This document shows, in pieces, positions 1 through 7,196 of a stretch of DNA of 54,070 nucleotides. Origin of the DNA: Bacillota bacterium (GTDB taxonomy: Bacteria > Bacillota > TC1); NCBI GenBank assembly GCA_041741995.1, contig JBGSJN010000004.1, forward strand, positions 1-54,070. Reading direction: 5' to 3'. The notes below the pieces were generated by a model that did no database searches, was not told the origin of the DNA, and saw only the letters and a list, made by a program, of their open reading frames with translations. Position 1 is the stretch's first letter; every line of letters starts with the position of its first letter. The position numbers and the translations under genes were made by a program.

Positions 1-1
1 C

Positions 2-52
2 TGGGCTGATTTAGAACAAAAGAAGCAAAAGGCAATTCAAAAAGCAATGTAA
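2..52 (+). CDS. 3' end of a CDS cut by the window edge (...WADLEQKKQKAIQKAM*), product unknown
   Basis: Open frame from position 2 to TAA at 50-52; no start inside the window; a stem-loop follows. Confidence 0.3.
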   Translation, partial: WADLEQKKQKAIQKAM

Positions 53-55
53 AAA

Positions 56-89
56 AGATAACCAGAAATCATACGAATTCTGGTTATCT
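56..89. terminator. Stem-loop with 12-bp arms (AGATAACCAGAA / TTCTGGTTATCT); orientation ambiguous
   Basis: Perfect arms at 56-67 and 78-89 with a 10-nt loop. An A-run lies on the left and there is no T-run on the right, so it looks more like a minus-strand or bidirectional terminator. Confidence 0.4.
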
Positions 90-113
90 TAACACTTTAA
101 TTTTAACTATTTT

Positions 114-138
114 TCTTGTCTACTTGACAAGGGATGCA
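114..138. repeat. IS-end-like sequence, a diverged inverted copy of the IS3 terminal region at 53940-53963
   Basis: TGTCTACTTGACA (117-129) is the exact reverse complement of 53947-53959. The flanks AGGGATGCA and GGGAGCA are also similar, with weaker similarity about 20 nt further in. Confidence 0.35.
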
Positions 139-280
139 TCAGTTTCTGAGGTGTCTTTTTTTGGGAATTTCATCATAAATTATCAACTTTGGAATTCGAA
201 GCATTTTGTGAGGACAAGAAAAGAAAAAGAGTGGTAATTCAAAACTATATTGACAAAACATTGTTTTGAATATAAAGTTT

Positions 281-289
281 TGATATAAT
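281..289 (+). promoter_or_regulatory. Extended -10 box TGATATAAT upstream of abiEi
   Basis: TGnTATAAT match 58 nt upstream of ATG 347. TTGACA at 250-255 is too far away to be its -35. An 8-bp inverted repeat ATCAAGAC/GTCTTGAT (288-295 / 325-332) lies between the box and the SD. Confidence 0.3.
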
Positions 290-346
290 CAAGACATAAG
301 TAGCAAAAATATTTTGAACATTAAGTCTTGATGAGGAGGTTTAGAT

Positions 347-1135
347 ATGAACAAAGAAAAGAAGAATCTGGATGAGGATTTTCTAAGTAAGCTTTTAAAA
401 CATATGAAAAGTAGTAAAGAAATTAGTCTGAATGAAATATATTCCCTATTTACCGGAGTAAATAGAAAAACAATATCCTGGAGGTTGCATTCATTAGTCC
501 AGCAAAGAAAGTTATATAGAACTGGGCATGGTATATATTCTATGACTGTAAATAGTAAGGTTAATGAATCTGTAGGTTATGAATACCTGCAGAGAAAATC
601 AAAAATAATTTATGACACGTTAATGGAGTATGGATACAATTTTTATATCACAGGTCTGGATTCCTTGATTGGTGAAGTTTTACATATGCCGGAGAATTAT
701 CCGGTGCTTGTAATTATTCAAGAAATAAATATGAAAGTTATTCAAGAAGTATTGAATGATAAAGATCTGATTGTGCTAACCGAAAAAGAGCTTAACTTAT
801 TAGAAAAAACAATATTAAGGGATAAAGTAGATGTTATCTTACTTAAAGGTAAGGACTTTACCCTGGCAACGGATAATATTTCTCAAAAAGAAAAAGGTTT
901 TATTGATTTGTATTATGCAGTTACTAGATTAGATTATATTGTTTCTGTTCCTGAGTTGTCTCGAATATATCAAAGTTTGCGTAGAAATGATTCTATTATT
1001 ATAGGAAAAATGAAGTCGGCAGCTAAAGACAGGAATATAAGCAATGAAATTAACTGGCTTATTGAACTTAAAAAAGCATCGGTTAAAGCTAAAGATTTCA
1101 TGAGCAAACAAATTGAGGAGGCTAAATGGAATTAA
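347..1135 (+). CDS. abiEi: AbiEi-family antitoxin / wHTH regulator of a type IV toxin-antitoxin (abortive infection) system
   Basis: SD GAGGAGG (333-339). The N-terminal segment ...ISWRLHSLVQQRKLYRTGHGIYS resembles the AbiEi wHTH signature (..G.l.r..rG.Y). It overlaps the downstream nucleotidyltransferase gene by 10 nt. Confidence 0.7.
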   Translation: MNKEKKNLDEDFLSKLLKHMKSSKEISLNEIYSLFTGVNRKTISWRLHSLVQQRKLYRTGHGIYSMTVNSKVNESVGYEYLQRKSKIIYDTLMEYGYNFYITGLDSLIGEVLHMPENYPVLVIIQEINMKVIQEVLNDKDLIVLTEKELNLLEKTILRDKVDVILLKGKDFTLATDNISQKEKGFIDLYYAVTRLDYIVSVPELSRIYQSLRRNDSIIIGKMKSAAKDRNISNEINWLIELKKASVKAKDFMSKQIEEAKWN

Positions 1136-2349
1136 TTGACCTAGAAAATTTAATTCTTGAAAAGGGTATTTTCTTAAGAACTGGGATTGAAAAACGTATG
1201 GCAGAGGGTGGTTTTAACTCTTTGTTAAAATTTGAACTTTTCATATGGGATTTGGAAATGTTCTTACAATTACAAAAGAAGTTTGCTGAGAAAATCATTT
1301 TAAAAGGTGGAGCAGCAACGCAGTTTTATGTTCCTATAACTTCACAAAGAACAAGTATTGATATAGATATGATATGTTTGGCTAGTCGTGAAGTTGTTCA
1401 TCAAGCTATTTCTGAAATTGAAAATGAATTTGCTGGTGTTGACGATTACTTTAAGTTTAGATTATATGCACCTAAAAATCCTAAGTTGGGCTTGGATGCT
1501 TTAGAAACATACTTTTTGACAGTTCCTAGCATATGTAATGAAAAAGAACTGTTTGCTACTCAAGGTAAACAGGAATTGAAAATTGAATTTATTTTTTCTG
1601 ACAATGAGTATGGAATAAATAGAATAAAAAATCCTAAGCTGTTTGCCTTGGAAACTGAGAGGGAATTTGGTGTCTTGGATTTTGAGAGCTTGTTTGCTGA
1701 TAAGTTAACTACTCTAGGACCTAATACTATAGGAATTTCTGATGATAGATCAGATGAGCAGGTGAAGCAAATCTATGATGTGATTACCCTTTTTACATCT
1801 AATCTAGATTTGGTTTTAAGGAATAAAGAGCTAATCAAATGGAATTATGAAAAAGTGGCTCAAGTTGAATGTTTGATTCATGATTTGAAATATGATAGTC
1901 AATTGCTGTTTAAAGATATGAAATTATTGGTTAGTGGGTTAAAAAATATCGAGAGTGATAGTAATTTTCTTCAATTAGCTAATGATTTTCAGGCATTGTA
2001 TTTAAGAAAGTCTGTTAATAGAGACAAAGCACAATGGGCGATAGTTGGGTTTCAGTTGGACTTGTTGGTGGACTTTATTTTTATGGATAATGTGAAAATT
2101 CTATTGTTTAGAGAGATTGAAGAGTTTATTGAAAAGTTGAAGTTTGAACATATTCAGGGTCCTGATCGTGGCAAACTGATTAGGGAAGTTAGGACATTAT
2201 TAGAAAATAATTTTAATGATTTGACTGGCTTGAGTCAAGATTTATTTAAAAAGCGGATGGATAGGATTATTTGGGAGTTGGCTATTTTTGTTGATTTTCA
2301 TATTATTCAAGAGGTTCTAATAGAAATTATAGAAGAGAATAGGTTTTAA
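1126..2349 (+). CDS. abiEii: AbiEii/AbiGii-family nucleotidyltransferase toxin
   Basis: ILKGGAATQFYVPITSQRTSIDIDM matches the AbiEii NTase motif (KGGtA...R.S.D[IL]D). SD GAGGAGG lies upstream and the gene overlaps abiEi. Confidence 0.7.
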   Translation: MELIDLENLILEKGIFLRTGIEKRMAEGGFNSLLKFELFIWDLEMFLQLQKKFAEKIILKGGAATQFYVPITSQRTSIDIDMICLASREVVHQAISEIENEFAGVDDYFKFRLYAPKNPKLGLDALETYFLTVPSICNEKELFATQGKQELKIEFIFSDNEYGINRIKNPKLFALETEREFGVLDFESLFADKLTTLGPNTIGISDDRSDEQVKQIYDVITLFTSNLDLVLRNKELIKWNYEKVAQVECLIHDLKYDSQLLFKDMKLLVSGLKNIESDSNFLQLANDFQALYLRKSVNRDKAQWAIVGFQLDLLVDFIFMDNVKILLFREIEEFIEKLKFEHIQGPDRGKLIREVRTLLENNFNDLTGLSQDLFKKRMDRIIWELAIFVDFHIIQEVLIEIIEENRF

Positions 2350-2358
2350 TATATAATA

Positions 2359-2396
2359 AAGAAATCCCTGATAATTAATTTTGTCAGGGATTTCTT
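2359..2396 (+). terminator. Intrinsic terminator-like hairpin after abiEii
   Basis: 13-bp perfect arms AAGAAATCCCTGA (2359-2371) / TCAGGGATTTCTT (2384-2396); the T-tail is weak. Confidence 0.5.
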
Positions 2397-2472
2397 ACTT
2401 TCTAATTAAAAAATCACGAGTAAACATGAGCATTATTTGGATTAAAGGTTATAATGAACATAAGAACAAGTT

Positions 2473-2898
2473 TTGAAAGGATGTGTTGATATGAAAGATA
2501 TAAATATGACCAAAGAAAACCCTTTAGTATTGAAAACACCACCATTAACTTCAGAATTTAGTATGTACAAGGATGAGAAAAATGGAATAGATGTACTAGT
2601 TTGTACAGTAGGAAGTACAGTTTTGTATTATGATTACAGATGTATTGAAGATCTGCATAATATGTTATTAAAACACGGAGATTGGATGGAGTTAGGAAGT
2701 GCTGATGAACAAAAGACCCCAAAAGAAGGAACAGTAGAAGCCTGGGGAAGATCAGAAACTAATCCAATTGGCGGCTGGTACGGTATAAAAAAAGGATTGC
2801 GTGGAAGATTTGGTATGTATGTACCACCTCTAATGGAAGCCTTAGGTTTAGCTGAAGTTACACATGAAGCTAGAGGGAATAAAATGAAAGCTATATAA
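2473..2898 (+). CDS. Small hypothetical protein (start more likely ATG 2491)
   Basis: ORF with AAAGGA 9 nt before ATG 2491. The sequence is globular-looking and I recognise no motif. Confidence 0.5.
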   Translation: MKGCVDMKDINMTKENPLVLKTPPLTSEFSMYKDEKNGIDVLVCTVGSTVLYYDYRCIEDLHNMLLKHGDWMELGSADEQKTPKEGTVEAWGRSETNPIGGWYGIKKGLRGRFGMYVPPLMEALGLAEVTHEARGNKMKAI

Positions 2899-2933
2899 TA
2901 AAAGCAAGGCAGTAATAAAAAGATGGAGGATAA

Positions 2934-3554
2934 ATGAAATATAGCAAAAATATTCCCAAAGCAGATACAAAAGTAAGTGGGGAACTACTAAAGCAAGGCT
3001 GGACAAAGATTAAAGAACCCAAAAGTTTAACTATAGCTACATTATCTTCAATACCCTTTATGATCATAAATGGGAGTCTAGTTTTAATGCTAATATTTTT
3101 ACTTGATCCAGAAATCTTCAGATCAATTTTTATAACATCTGGATTTGAAATTAATATTGTAATTAACTTTAAATCCTTATTCTATGTATTTGGTCTTATA
3201 GTGTATTTAATATTTCATGAAATTATTCATGCATCACTTATTCCGAATTTTCTTCAATCTAGTAATAGCAGGTGGGGCTTTAATGGGTTTGCGATGTTTG
3301 TTTATTCTACCCAAAAGTTGAAAAAATCACGATTTATTTTAGTTTCAATTGCTCCATTTTTAGTCTTGTCTATTCTATTTCCAATAGTCTTGTCATTTAT
3401 GGGGTGGTTGAATTTATATACTATAATCCTATGCCTAATCAATGCATTAGGGTCTAGTGTTGATTTTATGAATGTTTTTAATATTGTTACACAAGTACCA
3501 AATAAATCATTACTAGTATTAAATGGTATGGAAACTTATCATCATAAATATTAA
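2934..3554 (+). CDS. Polytopic membrane protein with an HExxH motif (DUF3267-like putative zinc metallopeptidase)
   Basis: HEIIH at 3216-3230 (aa 95-99) sits within a protein with several hydrophobic helices. SD GGAGG lies before the ATG. Confidence 0.55.
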   Translation: MKYSKNIPKADTKVSGELLKQGWTKIKEPKSLTIATLSSIPFMIINGSLVLMLIFLLDPEIFRSIFITSGFEINIVINFKSLFYVFGLIVYLIFHEIIHASLIPNFLQSSNSRWGFNGFAMFVYSTQKLKKSRFILVSIAPFLVLSILFPIVLSFMGWLNLYTIILCLINALGSSVDFMNVFNIVTQVPNKSLLVLNGMETYHHKY

Positions 3555-3600
3555 ATATAAGTGGTGATCTGTACTTAAGATAACAAAAGTTAAATATCTG

Positions 3601-4578
3601 TTGGTAGAAATGTGGGTGTTGATATTGAATATAGAACAACTGATAAATAAAGATGCAGAAAAAAACTCTCCATATATGGGAGGTTTTATAAACCACCTGC
3701 CAATGGTTTTATTTGCACTTTTTAGTATCACCAATGATATAGATAAAGTTGAGAATTATGTGGAATATTATTTGAATAAATATAAGATAGATAAGGTGAA
3801 AACAAACTATGAAAAGGTTAATTCCCTGGAGGAGTGTTTAGGGAATAACGAATTATATGAATCCTGCCTAGATTATATAAGAAATAATATTGGGGAAGAG
3901 ACTATAGAGGAACTGGTAAGAGCAACCTTAAGAAAATATCCCTTAGGTCTGTCTTCAGGACTATTTCATACTACAATAAGACTTGCTTATGCTATGGAAG
4001 GATATGAAAGAGATAAAAAATTTAAACCAGAAGTGGAAAGGGCATTAGCCTTTTATATAACAGCCTATCGTGAAGGAAGTTTGTTTAACAGGAAAATCAA
4101 TAAAGAAGATGTAATGGCTGAAATGAATGAGTTGATGGTCGTTAAATTATATAATGATGAAAGTTACCTGAAGCGAGGTTTTATTATCGAAGGGCAGGAA
4201 GAAGATAAGGTAAAGGGTATTTTGGAAATATTGATGCCAGCTTTCTATAATAGTGATAATATAGTGATGCTTCATTGTATAACTGGTCTTCAGGCTGTGA
4301 TTACTTTAAAAGATTATTTTGAGGATTATGATGTGGTTTTAGATATTTTTACAACTGCAGCCTTAATTCATCTTCTAACACAAACAGACTTAAATATTAA
4401 AAAACATCATACAAATCTAGAAGAATCCTGGAATGAGATATTAAGAAAAGCATCAGAATCAACAAATATACATACAATCAAGTTGGCCTATACTTGTAGG
4501 AAACTAGATGATTTATTCAAGGTTAAGGATCTGAAATATACAATTAATAGGAGAATAGAGCTTGAACTAAATAGATGA
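3601..4578 (+). CDS. Questin-oxidase-like / DUF4243-family protein (start uncertain: 3601, 3610 or a nearby TTG)
   Basis: The N-terminal ...FINHLPMVLFAL... resembles the HLPM motif of DUF4243 proteins. Family assignment is from memory only. Confidence 0.4.
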   Translation: MVEMWVLILNIEQLINKDAEKNSPYMGGFINHLPMVLFALFSITNDIDKVENYVEYYLNKYKIDKVKTNYEKVNSLEECLGNNELYESCLDYIRNNIGEETIEELVRATLRKYPLGLSSGLFHTTIRLAYAMEGYERDKKFKPEVERALAFYITAYREGSLFNRKINKEDVMAEMNELMVVKLYNDESYLKRGFIIEGQEEDKVKGILEILMPAFYNSDNIVMLHCITGLQAVITLKDYFEDYDVVLDIFTTAALIHLLTQTDLNIKKHHTNLEESWNEILRKASESTNIHTIKLAYTCRKLDDLFKVKDLKYTINRRIELELNR

Positions 4579-4602
4579 AATATAGCTGAATGCTATATTT
4601 CA
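4576..4602. terminator. Bidirectional hairpin overlapping the stop codons of two convergent genes
   Basis: TGAAATATAGC (4576-4586) / GCTATATTTCA (4592-4602) with a 5-nt loop. It contains the TGA of the + gene and the TAG (complement) of the - gene. Confidence 0.45.
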
Positions 4603-5186
4603 TCGTCATTGTAGAAGTATTCGTATTCGATGTTTTGTAGTCTTTTGAAGTGTTTAATTTTGTTGCGGTATTTGTTTACCTGGAAAAACCAGGTTGAGAA
4701 CATTTCCCACATCATTACCCAGCCTCCTATGTATAGTCCTTCAATTAGTACCTGGCTAAATATGCTTATGTTAGTGGCGTTGTTGAGGATTGTGCTGATT
4801 GTTATCATAATACTGCCAAATAGGAAGAAGATTACAGTATCTCGTAGTACTCTGATCATGTTTTTTTTATTGCGGTTAAATTGGTAAGCAAAGAAATGGC
4901 GAATTCCTGTTGTGCTTTTTATTTCTTTGTTTTCGTCTTTGATTAGTTTTGGTAAATGGAATACAACTTTCATTTTGTATCTATATCCGATTTCATAGGA
5001 ACATTCCAGCAGGTATTCTACGAAGTCATCATCTAAGTCTCGGTTCTGAAATGGGGAATAGTCCCAGTCACTGTAGACATCTCGGTAACCGTCGAGTTGT
5101 ATGTCTATGATGATAACATCTTTGCTGTTACTTGAGTATATGGCTTTTAGTTCTTTAAATCGACTTAGGTACATATTAATCACCAT
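4593..5186 (-). CDS. Hypothetical membrane protein (soluble acidic N-terminal domain plus two C-terminal TM helices)
   Basis: A 197-aa ORF and the only plausible minus-strand gene in the left half. The second ATG (5174) has GGTGA upstream. Confidence 0.55.
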   Translation of the reverse strand: MVINMYLSRFKELKAIYSSNSKDVIIIDIQLDGYRDVYSDWDYSPFQNRDLDDDFVEYLLECSYEIGYRYKMKVVFHLPKLIKDENKEIKSTTGIRHFFAYQFNRNKKNMIRVLRDTVIFFLFGSIMITISTILNNATNISIFSQVLIEGLYIGGWVMMWEMFSTWFFQVNKYRNKIKHFKRLQNIEYEYFYNDDEI

Positions 5187-5485
5187 TCTTTTCTTTTAAG
5201 TTTATTTATATTTTCATTATATCAATTTAATAGTTTATTTAACATATTTTGTTTTCTTCGAAGTACCACTTCTTACCTTTTATTTCCCCTTTATTCTGTG
5301 ATTATTGTATAGGTAAATATGTAATTACTGTAACAATTATTGGACTGATATATAACCTTCCTTTTTTAAGATAGTAGATGTGTAGAAACTTATGGTTTTA
5401 TAGGATATAGTATTATTAGTGAAATATAATGATATGTGGTAATTCTCGTATTGAATTTAAATAATAGAATTGGGGAGGTATAGAT

Positions 5486-6679
5486 ATGCACGAAATAAAG
5501 TGTCCTAGTTGTGGTAAAACATTTAATCTTGATGAGGCTGGTTATGCAGACATACTAAATCAAGTTCGCAATGAGGCTTTTGATAAAGCTCTAAATGATA
5601 GACTGGTCCTTGCTGAGCAAGATAAAAAGAATGCCATTGAACTAGCAGAAACAAAAATCGCAAGCGAAATGGAAAAGAAAGCTACTATGAAAGATGTTGA
5701 GATTGAACGTTTGAAGGAAGAGTTGAAGTCTGTAGATATTGCTAAGCAGTTGGCTCTTAAGGAGGCACTGGGTACGATAGAAAAGGAACGTGATGATCTA
5801 AAACGAGACCTTGAAGCTAAGGAGACTGAAAAGAAGTTGCTGGAATCATCACTTAAAGAAAAATATGAAACACAGATAAAAGATCGTGATGATGCCATAG
5901 AACGTTTGAAGGATATGAAAGCAAAATTGTCGACAAAAATGGTTGGTGAAACTCTTGAGCAACATTGTGAAATAGAATTTTCCAGAATTCGTTCCGCTGC
6001 ATTTCCTATAGCTTATTTCGAGAAGGATAATGATTCAAAGACTGGCAGTAAAGGGGACTTCATATTCCGTGAGTCTGATGATGCTGGAACAGAGTTCATC
6101 TCAATTATGTTTGAGATGAAAAACGAATGCGATGAGACTGCAACTAAAAAGAAGAATGAGGACTTTTTCAAGGAGCTTGATAAGGATCGTAATGAAAAGG
6201 GATGTGAGTATGCGATACTTGTTTCTTTGTTAGAACCATGTAATGAACTTTATAATGGTGGTATTGTTGATGTTTCTCATCGTTATCCTAAAATGTATGT
6301 TATCCGTCCGCAGTTTTTTATTCCAATGATTACCTTACTTCGTAATGCAGCCCAGAATACTCTGAAGTATAAGACTGAACTTGCGTTAATGAAGGCGCAA
6401 AATATTGATATCTCTAATTTTGAGGATGAGTTGAATATATTCAAGGATGCCTTCGGTAAGAATTATGATATTGCTTCTAAAAAGTTCCAATTAGCGATTG
6501 ATGAGATTGATAAGTCTATTGATCATTTACAGAAGACGAAGGAAGCTTTGTTAGGAACAGATCGTAATCTTCGTCTTGCTAATGACAAGGCTCAGGATGT
6601 TACTATCAAGAAGCTGACTAGGGGTAATCCAACAATGGCGGAAAAGTTTGAAGAGCTAAAGAAATCAGATTCTGATTAA
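5486..6679 (+). CDS. DUF2130-family protein: N-terminal CxxC zinc ribbon, long coiled coil, C-terminal PD-(D/E)xK-like nuclease fold
   Basis: [28 protein letters not shown] is a typical DUF2130 N-terminus. A Lys/Glu-rich coiled coil spans aa 40-150. GDFIF (D191, 6056-6058) ... FEMK (E210/K212) gives a D...ExK arrangement. Confidence 0.75.
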   Translation: MHEIKCPSCGKTFNLDEAGYADILNQVRNEAFDKALNDRLVLAEQDKKNAIELAETKIASEMEKKATMKDVEIERLKEELKSVDIAKQLALKEALGTIEKERDDLKRDLEAKETEKKLLESSLKEKYETQIKDRDDAIERLKDMKAKLSTKMVGETLEQHCEIEFSRIRSAAFPIAYFEKDNDSKTGSKGDFIFRESDDAGTEFISIMFEMKNECDETATKKKNEDFFKELDKDRNEKGCEYAILVSLLEPCNELYNGGIVDVSHRYPKMYVIRPQFFIPMITLLRNAAQNTLKYKTELALMKAQNIDISNFEDELNIFKDAFGKNYDIASKKFQLAIDEIDKSIDHLQKTKEALLGTDRNLRLANDKAQDVTIKKLTRGNPTMAEKFEELKKSDSD

Positions 6680-6683
6680 TATT

Positions 6684-6926
6684 TTGGAAGAATTAATAAT
6701 GTTTGATTTAGAAAGTCACATGATAGAAGCTCTTGAACAGGGAAACAACAAGGAATATGAGCGAATTCAGAAAGAATATGTTAAAACTAATAGTCCTTGT
6801 CATTTAATACTGGCTAATGGAGAACGCGTCAATGTTAAAGAATTTAAGAGTATTTCGAATAATTCTATTAGTATTAAAGTTAGTGGCGAAGAAGTAGAAC
6901 GCACTATATTAGAAGAAGATATTTAG
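6684..6926 (+). CDS. Small hypothetical protein (probable start ATG 6699, 75 aa)
   Basis: Begins 5-20 nt after the DUF2130 stop and shares the terminator at 6975-7000. Confidence 0.45.
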   Translation: MEELIMFDLESHMIEALEQGNNKEYERIQKEYVKTNSPCHLILANGERVNVKEFKSISNNSISIKVSGEEVERTILEEDI

Positions 6927-6974
6927 GATATTGTTAAAATAAATGATAACAAATAGAAATTATAATAATAATCG

Positions 6975-7000
6975 AAAGACACCTTACGGTGTCTTTTTTT
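6975..7000 (+). terminator. Rho-independent terminator
   Basis: AAAGACACC (6975-6983) / GGTGTCTTT (6988-6996), loop TTAC, followed by a T-run. Confidence 0.75.
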
Positions 7001-7163
7001 ATGAAAAAAATGACGTAGGAATCTAATTTAAAGAAATATGATGAATATAATTGATACTAGAGTTCCATATTCACTCAATTACTATTTTATTGATTTTTTA
7101 GTTATCTGGATTGATTGAAGACATATGTTGTAGATAATATAGAAGATTATTTTTTACTAAATA

Positions 7164-7172
7164 TGATATAAT
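7164..7172 (+). promoter_or_regulatory. Extended -10 box TGATATAAT upstream of the helicase gene
   Basis: TGnTATAAT lies 25-40 nt upstream of the candidate starts 7197/7212. Confidence 0.3.
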
Positions 7173-7196
7173 AATTCGTGAGAATATTCGTGTTGG

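Noticed and set aside
250-255. TTGACA hexamer as the -35 for the abiE promoter
   Set aside because: Its spacing is 15 nt to TATAAA (271-276) and 28 nt to TATAAT (284-289). Neither fits a 17 +/- 1 nt spacer, so the extended -10 TGATATAAT is the better candidate.
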